Source of the DNA: Christensenellaceae bacterium
GTDB taxonomy: Bacteria > Bacillota > Clostridia > Christensenellales > UBA1242
DNA length: 64,000 nt
Direction: 5' to 3'
Assembly (NCBI GenBank): GCA_031256235.1
Contig: JAIRQZ010000032.1
Coordinates: 5,224-69,223 of the forward strand
Program-made: the position numbers and the translations under genes
In this document: positions 8,692 through 19,322 of the stretch, in pieces
Layout of the letters: every line of letters begins with the position of its first letter
How positions within the stretch are numbered: position 1 is the first letter of the stretch
The notes under the pieces: model-generated
Seen by the model: only the letters and a program-made list of their open reading frames with translations
Told to the model about the DNA's origin: nothing
Databases searched by the model: none

Positions 8692-9171
8692 CTATTTATA
8701 GGCGCCGGTTATGTGAAGACCGCGAGCCTTTGCATAAATGTACGACGAAAGAGGCCTGTCAAGCGAGTCCATGCTGTGAGTTGCAATTTTGGGGTCGGAG
8801 CCAGATTGGACGACAAGCAAACTGTGCCCGAACTTTGTGCCGTCAAATGATAGTTGGATGATGTCGCCAACTTCAAGGCTTTCGATTGGAGTTTCAACCG
8901 CAACAGGGCCACGGCCTTGCTTGGGACGCATCAGAAACTGGTACAAATATTCTACGCCCGAAAAACTTGCCGAACGCAACTTTGGGCTTTTATAAAACCA
9001 ACCAAACGGGTTGCTGTAATTCATTGGCATGCCACCCGCGACAACGCATTGGCATATAAAATTCGTGCAATCTCCGCCCAACTTTGAAAAGTCCATATAG
9101 CGCGGATTCCTCCGAAATGCCCAAGTGCGGGCATAATTCACGGCCTCGGCACGGTTGTATGTAATGTCCAT
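8692..9171 (-). CDS. putative amidase-domain protein (Amidase_6-like)
   Basis: YNRAEAVNYARTWA...GGDCTNFICQCVVAGGMPM...GDIIQLSFDGTKFGHSLLVV...ATHSMD matches the 'putative amidase domain' pattern. Confidence 0.65.
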   Translation of the reverse strand: MDITYNRAEAVNYARTWAFRRNPRYMDFSKLGGDCTNFICQCVVAGGMPMNYSNPFGWFYKSPKLRSASFSGVEYLYQFLMRPKQGRGPVAVETPIESLEVGDIIQLSFDGTKFGHSLLVVQSGSDPKIATHSMDSLDRPLSSYIYAKARGLHITGAYK

Positions 9172-9193
9172 GGTTCATGTTATGAAATACTAT

Positions 9194-9222
9194 TTACAAA
9201 TAGTGACAATATCTGTTATATA
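9194..9222 (+). promoter_or_regulatory. promoter abutting GT2 start codon (leaderless geometry)
   Basis: TTACAA (9194-9199) - 17 nt incl. TGt - TATATA (9217-9222) - 6 nt - ATG 9229. Confidence 0.45.
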
Positions 9223-9228
9223 ACTTGC

Positions 9229-10554
9229 ATGGAACTTGTAGACCAAATTATTAAATACACAACGTTGGGTGTCGGGATTTTGGCGGGCTATCAAATCGTG
9301 TTGCTGTTAATCGGGCTTTTTTTCAAGGCTCGGATTTGGCCCGAAACCGATGTACGTTCAAACTTTGCGGTGTTGATTCCCGCACGCAACGAAGAGAAGG
9401 TTATCGGGAATCTTATCGAAAGCATCCAAAAACAAAACTATCCCCAGGCCAAAATAACTATCTTTGTAATTGCCGATAATTGCCAAGACAAGACGGCCGA
9501 AATCACAAGGAAGATGGGCGCAGTTGCTTACGAACATAATGACCCGACACAACAAAGGCGCGGTTATGCTCTTGATTACGGGTTGCAATGCATTAAAACC
9601 GACTATGCAACCGAGGCCCAACCAAATGGTATACTTGCATTTGACGGGTACTTTATGTTTGATGCTGATAACTTGTTGGACCCGAATTTTGTGCTTGAAA
9701 TGAACAAAGCATTCCAAAATAAAAAGTACGGGTACTTTATGTCATACATCCATTCAAAAAACATCGACACTTCATTCATTTCCTCTTGGTCAAGCAAGCA
9801 GGCATATGTGAATAACTCTGCCACAAACAGGCCGACGAATATTGTAAGGCACAGCCCCCGTTTGCGTGGGCCTGGTGGTTTGGTACGTGCAGAGTACTTA
9901 AGCAAGGGTTGGCTTTGGCCGAATATCACCGAGGATTGGGATTTTTCATTCCACCATATATCAAGAGGTGTACGTGGTGCATATGTCGAAGCAGCACAGT
10001 TTTACGACGAACAGGCTAACAATTTGAAGATACTTTTGCGTCAACGAAAAAGGTGGGAAAAAGGTCACATCCAGGTTTGGCTTTGGTATTGTCCGATGCT
10101 TTTTTGGGGCATGCTTTGGAACAGGGGCCTAGCCCGAAGATTCAGTTGTTACGACCAACTAATATGCGGATTCCCAACGGGCTTGCTTTCGCTTTTCATG
10201 GGATTTTTGTACCCGCTTGCGACTACAATCTATAATGTTGTAACGGGCACAAGTTCATGGCTCACAATGGCAACATGGGTTGGGACTTACTTTGCCATTG
10301 TATATGCGCAAGACTTTGCCCGCTCTTTCGTTGCAATTATACGCGAGCGCAAACGAATTAGATGCAAGACCCGAAAACTTTTTGCCCGTATGTTCTTTTG
10401 GCCTTTTATCGCAATAATGTTGCAATACAACACTTTGGTTGCGTACATCATCCCTATCAAATGGAAAGTCATCCCGCACACCGAAGACAAGAAAATCGAA
10501 ACAATGAACAAACAATCTTTGATTTTCGAGAGGACGAACAAAAAGGTTGACTAA
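9229..10554 (+). CDS. membrane-integrated family 2 glycosyltransferase (processive synthase type)
   Basis: AVLIPARNEE, VIADNCQDKT, FDADN (DxD), LRQRKRWEKG (QxxRW). TM helices at the N-terminus and in the C-terminal third. Confidence 0.8.
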   Translation: MELVDQIIKYTTLGVGILAGYQIVLLLIGLFFKARIWPETDVRSNFAVLIPARNEEKVIGNLIESIQKQNYPQAKITIFVIADNCQDKTAEITRKMGAVAYEHNDPTQQRRGYALDYGLQCIKTDYATEAQPNGILAFDGYFMFDADNLLDPNFVLEMNKAFQNKKYGYFMSYIHSKNIDTSFISSWSSKQAYVNNSATNRPTNIVRHSPRLRGPGGLVRAEYLSKGWLWPNITEDWDFSFHHISRGVRGAYVEAAQFYDEQANNLKILLRQRKRWEKGHIQVWLWYCPMLFWGMLWNRGLARRFSCYDQLICGFPTGLLSLFMGFLYPLATTIYNVVTGTSSWLTMATWVGTYFAIVYAQDFARSFVAIIRERKRIRCKTRKLFARMFFWPFIAIMLQYNTLVAYIIPIKWKVIPHTEDKKIETMNKQSLIFERTNKKVD

Positions 10555-10575
10555 ATTTTTTCAAGGCTGTATATA
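10547..10575 (+). promoter_or_regulatory. promoter abutting start codon (leaderless geometry)
   Basis: TTGACT (10547-10552) - 17 nt - TATATA (10570-10575) - 7 nt - ATG 10583. Confidence 0.45.
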
Positions 10576-10582
10576 TTAAGAT

Positions 10583-10918
10583 ATGAAATTCAAGTTCAAT
10601 TTACAAAAGTTTCCTTTAAGCCAAATTTACCAAATGGTTGCCGCGGTCTTGTTTTTAATCGGTGCCGTGTTCATGCTGTTCAATACCTTTGCTGACAAAG
10701 TATGGGCCTTTTGGACTGGGCTTGGGTTCGCGTTGGCGGCGTCCGTGGCTTATATCATGATGGTCATCGAGGCCAAACGCGTTTTGCAAAAAAAATTGAC
10801 AGATTCGTCATATTCCGACAAAAAAGATAATACGATAGTACATGAAAAAAATGAGACTAAAACTGAAACTCCCGAAGATAAGCCTGCCAAAACTAAAACT
10901 ACCAAAACTAGGTCGTAA
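10583..10918 (+). CDS. small membrane protein with K/T/E-rich tail
   Basis: Two hydrophobic helices (VAAVLFLIGAVFMLF; GLGFALAASVAYIMMVI), then ...KNETKTETPEDKPAKTKTTKTRS. Confidence 0.55.
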   Translation: MKFKFNLQKFPLSQIYQMVAAVLFLIGAVFMLFNTFADKVWAFWTGLGFALAASVAYIMMVIEAKRVLQKKLTDSSYSDKKDNTIVHEKNETKTETPEDKPAKTKTTKTRS

Positions 10919-11615
10919 GTTTTTCCTTGGCAAAAAGTTCCTTGTTTGCGCTGGACTTGCCGTCATTGTTGCGGTCGGTAGCGTAATCATACTTAATGGC
11001 ATACAGAAAGACAATCTTTATAACACTGCATTGAAGAACGTTGCCGAGGCGCGATATTACATGAAGAGCGCGAAGGGTGGCAATACAACCGTTCAATTCG
11101 TGGTTGGGAAACGCGAGAACCCTTACAAACAAGACGGTGTTACCTCGGCCCCGACGGCGTTTGCGCTTGTCAATGTTACAGGAGATGACACACTTAAGGC
11201 TCTTTCGCAAATCGAGGGAACAATCAACATTGGACAAGACCAATTCCCCGTCACGCTTTTGCAAAACCCTTACAACCCATTGAACTTTTCGTGTGATATC
11301 GTCAGCCAGATTAATCGCGAGGTCAGCCCAAGTGAAGATGTCGAATTGACTTTGTTCATCACAGACAGCAAAACGTCAACGTACTTTAAGTTGGAAAATG
11401 CTTTCGGCGAAGACGCAATTTCGTGGGACAAGGCTTTGCAGGTTGCGACCGCGAAGGTCGGCGACAAATTGAAAGGCCAGGCGTTTGAATCATACATAAC
11501 AATCATGGACAATGTCGCGCAAGACAGCGGTGCATTTTGGTACGTACAGTTCATCACGGGCGAAGGCAAAACACATTATTGCGTTGTTGCCCCCGACGGA
11601 AGCGCGATTTCATAA
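10842..11615 (+). CDS. membrane-anchored extracytoplasmic protein, unknown function
   Basis: Basic N-terminus MKKMRLKLKLPKISLPKLKLPK, then TM LVCAGLAVIVAVGSVIIL. The start (10842, or 10851) lies inside the previous gene in another frame. Followed by an intrinsic terminator. Confidence 0.55.
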   Translation: MKKMRLKLKLPKISLPKLKLPKLGRKFFLGKKFLVCAGLAVIVAVGSVIILNGIQKDNLYNTALKNVAEARYYMKSAKGGNTTVQFVVGKRENPYKQDGVTSAPTAFALVNVTGDDTLKALSQIEGTINIGQDQFPVTLLQNPYNPLNFSCDIVSQINREVSPSEDVELTLFITDSKTSTYFKLENAFGEDAISWDKALQVATAKVGDKLKGQAFESYITIMDNVAQDSGAFWYVQFITGEGKTHYCVVAPDGSAIS

Positions 11616-11624
11616 CGAAACATT

Positions 11625-11652
11625 TTAAAAAAGCCCCGAAGGGCTTTTTTTA
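11625..11652. terminator. bidirectional rho-independent terminator
   Basis: AAAAAAGCCC-CGAA-GGGCTTTTTT hairpin (stem core 11631-11636/11641-11646) flanked by an A-run and a T-run. It sits between convergent 10842-11615 (+) and tuf (-) and overlaps the tuf stop codon. Confidence 0.75.
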
Positions 11653-12852
11653 TTTGATGATTTTGGAAACAACACCCGAGCCAACTGTTTTGCCACCTTC
11701 ACGGATAGCGAAACGAAGACCTTGTTCAATAGCGATGTCGGTGCCAAGTTTGATTGTCATCGAAACGTTGTCGCCAGGCATAACCATTTCAACGCCTTTT
11801 GCAAGTTCGATTGAACCTGTAACGTCGGTTGTACGGAAATAGAATTGAGGACGATATCCGTTGAAGAACGGTGTATGACGGCCACCTTCTTCTTTTTTCA
11901 ATACATAGACTTCGGCAGTGAATTCGGTGTGCGGTGTGATTGTTTTTGGAGCCGCAAGAACTTGACCGCGCTGGATGTCTTTGCGCTCTACGCCACGAAG
12001 AAGTAATCCCGCATTGTCACCACAAATTGCGGAGTCGAGGTTTTTACGGAACATTTCAATGCCTGTAACGGTGATGCCAGCCTTTTTAGATTGCATACCG
12101 ACGATATCAACGATTTGACCGACCTTAAGTTCACCGCGTTCGATACGGCCTGTTGCAACTGTACCACGGCCTGTGATTGTAAAGACGTCTTCAACAGGCA
12201 TAAGGAATGGCTTGTCTTTGTCGCGGGCAGGTTCTGGGATGAAACTGTCCAATGCGTCCATAAGGTCTTGGATTGGTTTGCATGCGGCGTCGTCTTTTTT
12301 GCCTGCACCAGCCGCAGCAAGGGCTTTGGCAGCAGAACCGCGGATGATTGGGGTTTTGTCGCCAGGGAAATTGTACTTTGTAAGAAGTTCACGGATTTCC
12401 ATTTCGACAAGTTCTTGGCTGTCGGAATCGGCAAGGTCACATTTGTTCATAAAGACTACGATATATGGAACACCGACTTGGCGGGCAAGCAGGATGTGTT
12501 CGCGTGTTTGAGGCATAGCGCCGTCCGTTGCGGCAACAACCAATATTGCGCCGTCCATTTGAGCCGCACCTGTAATCATGTTTTTAACATAGTCAGCGTG
12601 GCCCGGGCAGTCTACGTGCGCGTAGTGGCGTTTGCCTGTTTCGTATTCTACGTGTGATGTGTTAATCGTAATACCACGTGCTTTTTCTTCGGGAGCCTTG
12701 TCAATGGCATCATACGCCATGGCTTGGGCGTTACCCAAAAGCGAGCAATATGTACAAATCGCCGCGGTCAAAGTTGTCTTGCCGTGGTCAACGTGTCCGA
12801 TTGTACCTACGTTTACGTGTGGTTTACTCCTATTAAAATTCTCTTTTGCCAT
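11650..12852 (-). CDS. tuf: translation elongation factor Tu
   Basis: Full-length EF-Tu ([21 protein letters not shown], ...). AGGAGG RBS 8 nt upstream. Confidence 0.98.
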   Translation of the reverse strand: MAKENFNRSKPHVNVGTIGHVDHGKTTLTAAICTYCSLLGNAQAMAYDAIDKAPEEKARGITINTSHVEYETGKRHYAHVDCPGHADYVKNMITGAAQMDGAILVVAATDGAMPQTREHILLARQVGVPYIVVFMNKCDLADSDSQELVEMEIRELLTKYNFPGDKTPIIRGSAAKALAAAGAGKKDDAACKPIQDLMDALDSFIPEPARDKDKPFLMPVEDVFTITGRGTVATGRIERGELKVGQIVDIVGMQSKKAGITVTGIEMFRKNLDSAICGDNAGLLLRGVERKDIQRGQVLAAPKTITPHTEFTAEVYVLKKEEGGRHTPFFNGYRPQFYFRTTDVTGSIELAKGVEMVMPGDNVSMTIKLGTDIAIEQGLRFAIREGGKTVGSGVVSKIIK

Positions 12853-12901
12853 TTATAAAACCTCCTTTGGCAATGATATTTACCAATGTACAACACTTAT
12901 T

Positions 12902-13654
12902 TTAAAGTGGCAAGTCTTTTTTTAAAAATTTTATGATGCCGATTGTGTAAAGTGTTGCCCCGATGACGAACATCGCGACGAATTGCGCCCAAAAGATATT
13001 GTCAAGCGCGATTATCTTGCCCGTGTTGAACAAAGTGTTAAGTGAAAGGTTGCGAAGGAACTTAAACTCCTTGATATTCGACAGCATGTCAAAGACGGTG
13101 AAGGCTACGGGGACTCCTGCGCTTATAATCATGCTGTAACCACTTTTATTGAACCAACAACTTGCGAAAAACGTTATTCCGCTTATGGCAAAGGCGTACA
13201 AGAACAGTCCCAGCAACATTGCAACAAACCTTCCGAAAGGCAGTTCTTTTCCAGTCGCAGCGCCCGATATCAGGCCGAATAGTCCGACCATTACGACCAT
13301 AGCCAAGATTGCGCCCGCATAGAAAAGTGCCTTTGAAAATATAATTTGCTTGCGGGTCGTGGGGGTGTTAAGGGTGAAACTCATGGTTCCGCGGTCGATC
13401 TCGTTGACGACAAGTTTATTTCCGACGACTACCGCAAAAATTATAAGCATAATGTTCATGTTGGAAAGCATTTGTCCGTAAAGGTCGAGCAAGGTCATAA
13501 CAGGCCTGCCGTTGTGATTTGGGACGTCTCGGGCGGCAAACACGGCCATTACGACCATAAAAAAGCACAATATCCCAGTAAGAATCGTCCAAAGTTTCCA
13601 GTTACCCTTGGCGCTTTGGCGAAGAATATGTTTAGACAAGATTTTGTTATGCAT
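12902..13654 (-). CDS. ABC-2 type transporter permease
   Basis: 250 aa with about 6 hydrophobic segments. The start overlaps the upstream ATPase gene by 8 nt. Confidence 0.7.
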   Translation of the reverse strand: MHNKILSKHILRQSAKGNWKLWTILTGILCFFMVVMAVFAARDVPNHNGRPVMTLLDLYGQMLSNMNIMLIIFAVVVGNKLVVNEIDRGTMSFTLNTPTTRKQIIFSKALFYAGAILAMVVMVGLFGLISGAATGKELPFGRFVAMLLGLFLYAFAISGITFFASCWFNKSGYSMIISAGVPVAFTVFDMLSNIKEFKFLRNLSLNTLFNTGKIIALDNIFWAQFVAMFVIGATLYTIGIIKFLKKDLPL

Positions 13655-14549
13655 CTTGAACCTCCTGTTTATAAAATCCCATAAAGTACTTTTCCAATGT
13701 GAATTTGATTTCGCTTATGTATTCAAGTTTGTACTTTGCGACTGCAGTCAAAAATTCGTTAATTTGTCCATCGTTGACAAGCACTTTCACACGGCTTTTT
13801 TCAAAGTTTTTTTCCGTGAACTCATAGTTTAATTTGGCAAAACTTTGAGCATCGGATTTTGATTTAAATCGGATTTCGAATTCTTTGTCTTTGCGATGTT
13901 CGATGTCTTTCATAATCACGCTTGCGATTATTTTGCCTTGTTTGATAATTGCCACGCGGTCACAGGTCTTTTCTACTTCTTCAAACATGTGGCTTGACAT
14001 GAATATTGTATTACCTTTTGCTTTTTCGGCGGCGATAAGGTCACAAAATTTGGCCTGCATCAATGGGTCAAGCCCAGATGTAGGTTCATCCAAGATTAGA
14101 ATCTCGGGCTCGTGCATGAATGCGATGACCAATGCGATTTTTTGCTTCATGCCTTTTGACATGCGCTTTAATTCGCCGTTGGCTTTAAGTTGAAAATAAT
14201 CGCAAAGTTCTTCGGCGCGTTTCAAGTCGATTCCGCGCATCTTTGCGATTTCTTTTATGAATTGCCAACCTGTCATGTTTTGCGGATAGTTTATTTCGCC
14301 ACTTATATACCCGATGTGCCGTTGCGCCATGGCGGGATACTTCCAGCAATCAAGGCCTTTGATTTCCGCACCGCCACTTTGCGGTCGGGAAAAGCCGAGC
14401 AGGTGGCGTATTGCCGTGGTCTTGCCCGCCCCGTTGGGTCCAAGGAATCCAAAAACTTCGCCTTTTTTTACCTCAAGCGAGACGTCAAAAACGCCACGGG
14501 TTTGCCCATAGTCTTTGGTCAAGTTTTTGACGCAAATAACATTTTCCAT
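13647..14549 (-). CDS. ABC transporter ATP-binding protein
   Basis: Walker A GPNGAGKTT, signature MSKGMKQK, Walker B ILILDEPTSGLD, H-loop SSHMFEE. Confidence 0.9.
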   Translation of the reverse strand: MENVICVKNLTKDYGQTRGVFDVSLEVKKGEVFGFLGPNGAGKTTAIRHLLGFSRPQSGGAEIKGLDCWKYPAMAQRHIGYISGEINYPQNMTGWQFIKEIAKMRGIDLKRAEELCDYFQLKANGELKRMSKGMKQKIALVIAFMHEPEILILDEPTSGLDPLMQAKFCDLIAAEKAKGNTIFMSSHMFEEVEKTCDRVAIIKQGKIIASVIMKDIEHRKDKEFEIRFKSKSDAQSFAKLNYEFTEKNFEKSRVKVLVNDGQINEFLTAVAKYKLEYISEIKFTLEKYFMGFYKQEVQDA

Positions 14550-14579
14550 GTCGAATTATTGCACGCGGAAAGCCGAAAG

Positions 14580-16769
14580 TCAACTGAACGACATTTTGTA
14601 TTTGGTCGCGTCGGTGCTTTTGAACCCGTTGGTGTCGTAATATCTTCGCAAGGCCAGCAATGTGCCTGCATAATCTCCAAGTCGCTTTTCAAAGGCCGCC
14701 AACGTTGCGGGGGACGGCGCGGTGGCGCTTGTATTGGTTTTGAAAGTTTTTAAATCTGTGGTTGAAAATTGTAAACTTGGGTCATCGAAGTCGTACCCGT
14801 AAAACAAGCCGTTATAAAAGCCTATCGCAACCGACACATCACGGAAGTCGCGCCAATCTTTTGCGACGCCGTGGTCCATTCGTGCAAGTACCGAGTTACC
14901 CAGTGTAAAGTTGCTGTTGGTCTGGACATTGAACAGGTGGCAAACGGTTTTATAGACATCGTTATTGCTTGCAAAGCCCGTGACTTTGCGACCGTTATAA
15001 AGCGGGCCTGGGGCGTCACAGTCATTGTCATTTATTACAGCAAGGTCTTCTGGATTGTAAATCATCATGGAAAGTTTCTCGCCTATGGGCGATTCGGTGC
15101 CGTTCGTGGTAAGCACACTGCCCTTTTCGACATTCCGAGCATTGTTGTATGTCATGTAATCATAGTGGTCGGAATAAAACACAAGCGCCGTGTTTTCAAT
15201 CAAGTTGGTATCGTAAAGATGGTCAAGCAGTAGCCCCACGGCCTTGTCGTATCGATGAAGGCCAACAAGATATGTCCAGCACGCGGCCTTTACGTCAAGG
15301 TTGGTGCTTTCAAGTTTCGGGAAGTCCACCAAAAGTTCGGCGTAGTTATTATTGATAAAATCAAGCGAGTCTTGATAGGCTGGGATTGTTTCGATTTGGT
15401 TGGTGGCTGTGTTTATCCATGTATGGGTCGAGCCATAGTGATTTCTTTGCGAACTGAAGTGCGGGGCGTGTGTCGAGATGTTTAGGACGTAACTGAAAAA
15501 TCGTGTGTCTGTGGGAGCGATGTCATTAAGAGCCGCGCCCATAAATAACGCATCGTCGTTGTTCGGGAACAACGGGTCAATGTCGGGAAGCGACGGGTCG
15601 ATTGTCTTGTAATATTCAAGGTCGCGGATTTGGTCAAAGCCAAGGGCGTCGCGGAAGAACCATTTGCGGGAATAAAACTCCTCTGAAAATGGGTGATAGG
15701 CTCCAATCTTTATGGGGGTTGTTGTGCCTTGGCGGGTGTTGGCTTCCTCGAAAGAGCGACGGAAAATGTTGGGCATTGACTGCGGGACCTTAAGGTTCGG
15801 GTAGTCGCGCCACATCTCGGCCCCGCTTGCATACCCTCCCGTAAGTGCCGTAAATTCGGTAAAGCAGGTACGTTCGATGGCGTGATATCCGTCGACCCAT
15901 GTGGACATGTTGCGGACCTTCCACAAATTTTCGGTTAAGACTGGGTGTATGCCCGCAAATTCCGTTGTTTCCATCATAAGCATAATCAAATTGTGGTCGG
16001 CATCAAGCATAAGCGGATTATCGTCTTCGTCCACATATTCGTCATAGTATGTCGCTCCGTCCAAGACCCCGCTTGACACGGGATAGGCTTTCATACTTTT
16101 AAGTCCGAACAGGCTTAACAAGTTGTTAAAATAATACACTGGCGAGCCGAAACTGTACAGGACCCTGTTACGGTTCGTAAGGTACTTTAAAGAAAAAATC
16201 GGGTCGGTAAGTTTTTCAAGATTGCTCATATTCTTTGTTTTGTCTACCGCAAGCAAATGTGTGAACAGCCCTGCCACGACAAACATTACGGCCGCGCCAA
16301 CCGCGCCAAGTTTTCGCAACGAGAAGCCAGCCTTTACTTTTCGAAACTTTATCCCAATGTAAATGCAAAGACCGACGAACCATGCCACGATAAGGCTTAA
16401 CGTCAAATAGTGCCATGTGCCGTCGTATTTGGCGGTGCCTTGGCCCGCCTTGATTTCACGGAAACTTCGGAGCGTTTCGAATATGAACATCTCGGTCAAA
16501 TTATTAAAGGCAATCAAATTCGCCACAGTTGTAACCATTTGGACCGTTATGCAAGTGCAAAGTATGCCTATTTGTGCCCATCGGTTAGGGATGCAACTTA
16601 TCGCGCCTGCGAAGGCAAGCAGGAATAAAAACGAGACTCCGTAATACATTGGAAAACGCACGCCGATTATTATGAACATCGACATGTCCATCGCGAAAGA
16701 CGTGATGATATATGCAAGCGGTATGGCCGCGGTTCCCCAAAAGGACCTTTTCATATATTTATATATCAC
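14580..16769 (-). CDS. LTA synthase/sulfatase-family membrane protein (phosphoglycerol-transferase-like)
   Basis: N-terminal polytopic region (about 5-6 TM), then an alkaline-phosphatase-superfamily ectodomain (MLMMETTEF, ERTCFTEFTALTG, VFYSDHYDY). Confidence 0.7.
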   Translation of the reverse strand: MIYKYMKRSFWGTAAIPLAYIITSFAMDMSMFIIIGVRFPMYYGVSFLFLLAFAGAISCIPNRWAQIGILCTCITVQMVTTVANLIAFNNLTEMFIFETLRSFREIKAGQGTAKYDGTWHYLTLSLIVAWFVGLCIYIGIKFRKVKAGFSLRKLGAVGAAVMFVVAGLFTHLLAVDKTKNMSNLEKLTDPIFSLKYLTNRNRVLYSFGSPVYYFNNLLSLFGLKSMKAYPVSSGVLDGATYYDEYVDEDDNPLMLDADHNLIMLMMETTEFAGIHPVLTENLWKVRNMSTWVDGYHAIERTCFTEFTALTGGYASGAEMWRDYPNLKVPQSMPNIFRRSFEEANTRQGTTTPIKIGAYHPFSEEFYSRKWFFRDALGFDQIRDLEYYKTIDPSLPDIDPLFPNNDDALFMGAALNDIAPTDTRFFSYVLNISTHAPHFSSQRNHYGSTHTWINTATNQIETIPAYQDSLDFINNNYAELLVDFPKLESTNLDVKAACWTYLVGLHRYDKAVGLLLDHLYDTNLIENTALVFYSDHYDYMTYNNARNVEKGSVLTTNGTESPIGEKLSMMIYNPEDLAVINDNDCDAPGPLYNGRKVTGFASNNDVYKTVCHLFNVQTNSNFTLGNSVLARMDHGVAKDWRDFRDVSVAIGFYNGLFYGYDFDDPSLQFSTTDLKTFKTNTSATAPSPATLAAFEKRLGDYAGTLLALRRYYDTNGFKSTDATKYKMSFS

Positions 16770-16796
16770 AAAAAATTACAAAAAGTCAATATCGGG

Positions 16797-19322
16797 TCAA
16801 AACCCGAATTGCGCAGTCGTCCACGTCGCCTTGGGCAGGTTTGTTATGATTCCGTAAAGGTTTGAAAGGCCTTTGGTTTGTTCGTCATATGTTCCCGTCT
16901 TCATTATGTCGTTGTTTTTCAAAAGCATTACGCTGAAGGCAAACACTGTGCCCGCATCTCCTGCATCTACCGCAGTTGTGATTGACATATAGTACGCACT
17001 TCCCGCAACGCTTGGTTTGCTTGGATGGCGTAAAACTTCGTCGCCGATTTCAACCACATTGGCAACTACATTATTGTTGTCAAATGTGTCGACCGAGATA
17101 AATGGCAGGTTGATAAAGTACCCTGCTTGGCCTTCGACGCGCAGTTTGACGTCGTCGTATGCTGGGACATTCATGATACGCGCAAGTTCGCTCGACGCAA
17201 TTTTGGTGATGTTAAGTTTGTCCATGCCTCCTGGAATTTTCATAATCGGGAAAACAAGTTTTAATGAATCTACCCACGTAAAATAGCAGTTGTTGGCGCC
17301 CAAGACCCTGTAATGTGTTCCCGACCAATCATCGTTTGCAAGCATTGCCGAGGTACAGATATCGTAAAAGATATTATTTTTGGAAACCACAAAGTTTCCG
17401 CACGAAAGTGAAACCCTTTGTGGCTTTTCCGTCTTTTTGTCGGCTTCAAATTGTTTCTTTTCCACCCTGCCGATTGCGCTGTAGGCTTGGACCTCCGAGC
17501 CCATACCCATTCCCGTACTTCCGCCCCTTTGTGTTTGGTCGTTGTCCTGGCCTCGGCCGTAAATTCCCGCAAAGCCTGCGTATCGCAAGATACACGATTC
17601 CACGACAATCGGGCGTTCCCTGTGCGGTACATAGTTGGCGCCCACAAGGATAAGGCCTTTTTCAACATAACAGTTTATTACGCGGATATTTTGCACGTAT
17701 TGGTTGTCTTTCCATGCCTTTGCGTTTCGGTCCCATGCTTGGCCTTGGTTAAAGCCCCATGCCCCACCCGCAAGGCCCGAGGTTCCAAGGACGCTTATTG
17801 TTTTATATTCGTTCAAAAGGGGTTCGACACCGCCTGGTTTTACTATATTTTCACCGATAAGTCGGACATTGTCGATTGTTGTGTTATTGGAAAGCATATA
17901 GAACGCAAACTTGTCGCCCCAGCCGTGGCCGTCACGGAAGGACTCGCCCTCGTGCGCGACGCCGATGTCTTTTCCGTTTTGTTCTTGCCAATCATTGCCG
18001 TGGACATTGCGGTATTTGCGTTCGGAGTTTTGTGCGTAAGGTGTGGCGTCCAAAACATAGCCGTTTCCAAATACGTTGCCAAAGAACCATGTGCCCTCGG
18101 CCCAGGTTTGCATATTGGCGCGCAGGACGATATCGCGGTAACGATATGACGGACTCCAACGTTCAAATTCTTTGAAGATTGTACCGACATAGTTACCGCC
18201 GATTGCCATATAGTCTGCGCCAAGCGGGTTTTTGCCCGTGGTCATGAATTGGCGCGACAGCATCTTGGGGTAACTTGACGCCGCCGAAGCATTATAGTAT
18301 TGCGATAGTTGGTTGGCAGGGATTGGGTTAATGTTGGGGTCGTCCGCGACACCGTTCAATATGTAATCAAGTCGAGCGGCTTTTTCTATGGCTTTTACTT
18401 GGTCAAAAGTATAGCAGTTTATCGCGTCGCGAATGTCGTAAGTGTATTCAAAGAAAGCGCTTGATTGTGAAAAGTCGGGGGTGCCGTCTTCGTTGAATTT
18501 GGCGGTACCGTCGACGTGCAAGATGCGTTTGCCTGCTTGTTTGAATTTCAAGTTCAAGGTTCCCGGCACGCCTTCTTTGTTAAGGACCTCTTCAATGTCC
18601 ATTACCGAATCGGGCATGGGCAATCGGTTGCCCGCTTCGTCGTACAAGCCGATATCAAGGGCGATTTTTTCTTTGTACCTCCATGCCAAGTCGACCGTGT
18701 CACCACTTAAAATTTCGGCACCTGTTTTATCCAAGTCCTTCAGCCCAAACATGCGACGCTCGCCAAGGCCAGATTCATAAGGCTCCAAGTTTTGGTGCCT
18801 GAACGAATACAGTGTTTTAAATTCGGATTCGCCAATATCGCGCATGCTTACTTCAAAGGTGCGTTTCTCAAGCCTGTTGCTTCCGTTGATGTTGGCCACA
18901 AAGATGATTGTAGCCCATTGGTCCCCGTCGTCTTTTAATGGAGCAAGCGAAAAACGCCAGCCGTTCGTACCCGTCGGGAAACGCACGGTCGCGATTGAAA
19001 AGTCGGTGGGATTGCCTTTTTTGTCTAGAAACTGGCCACCCGTGGAACGAATCGCGGTGTACGAGCCCGACTCTGTCTCCATGGATTGGATTTGCCAATC
19101 GACGGTATAGTTGGGGTTTTCATCTTCGTCAAGGTCGTCACTTATTATTTTCGGAAAGTTGTACTCGCGACTTTCCGAGCCCGAATAAGTGATTCGCAAA
19201 TAGTCACGCTCAAGTTCATATTTGAATCTTTGTTGACGGCTTATCACCTTCCCGCAACCCGAAAACAACACACTTGTTGTCATCATAAGAATCGCCATTA
19301 AAAATATTGAAAACTTTTTCAT
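16797..19322 (-). CDS. large lipoprotein, putative right-handed beta-helix (polysaccharide-active?)
   Basis: Signal/lipobox MKKFSIFLMAILMMTTSVLFSGC. Central beta-helix-like turns (NVFGNGYVLDA, NTTIDNVRLIGENIV, IRVINCYVEKGLILVGAN). The start overlaps the upstream gene stop by 4 nt. Confidence 0.65.
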   Translation of the reverse strand: MKKFSIFLMAILMMTTSVLFSGCGKVISRQQRFKYELERDYLRITYSGSESREYNFPKIISDDLDEDENPNYTVDWQIQSMETESGSYTAIRSTGGQFLDKKGNPTDFSIATVRFPTGTNGWRFSLAPLKDDGDQWATIIFVANINGSNRLEKRTFEVSMRDIGESEFKTLYSFRHQNLEPYESGLGERRMFGLKDLDKTGAEILSGDTVDLAWRYKEKIALDIGLYDEAGNRLPMPDSVMDIEEVLNKEGVPGTLNLKFKQAGKRILHVDGTAKFNEDGTPDFSQSSAFFEYTYDIRDAINCYTFDQVKAIEKAARLDYILNGVADDPNINPIPANQLSQYYNASAASSYPKMLSRQFMTTGKNPLGADYMAIGGNYVGTIFKEFERWSPSYRYRDIVLRANMQTWAEGTWFFGNVFGNGYVLDATPYAQNSERKYRNVHGNDWQEQNGKDIGVAHEGESFRDGHGWGDKFAFYMLSNNTTIDNVRLIGENIVKPGGVEPLLNEYKTISVLGTSGLAGGAWGFNQGQAWDRNAKAWKDNQYVQNIRVINCYVEKGLILVGANYVPHRERPIVVESCILRYAGFAGIYGRGQDNDQTQRGGSTGMGMGSEVQAYSAIGRVEKKQFEADKKTEKPQRVSLSCGNFVVSKNNIFYDICTSAMLANDDWSGTHYRVLGANNCYFTWVDSLKLVFPIMKIPGGMDKLNITKIASSELARIMNVPAYDDVKLRVEGQAGYFINLPFISVDTFDNNNVVANVVEIGDEVLRHPSKPSVAGSAYYMSITTAVDAGDAGTVFAFSVMLLKNNDIMKTGTYDEQTKGLSNLYGIITNLPKATWTTAQFGF

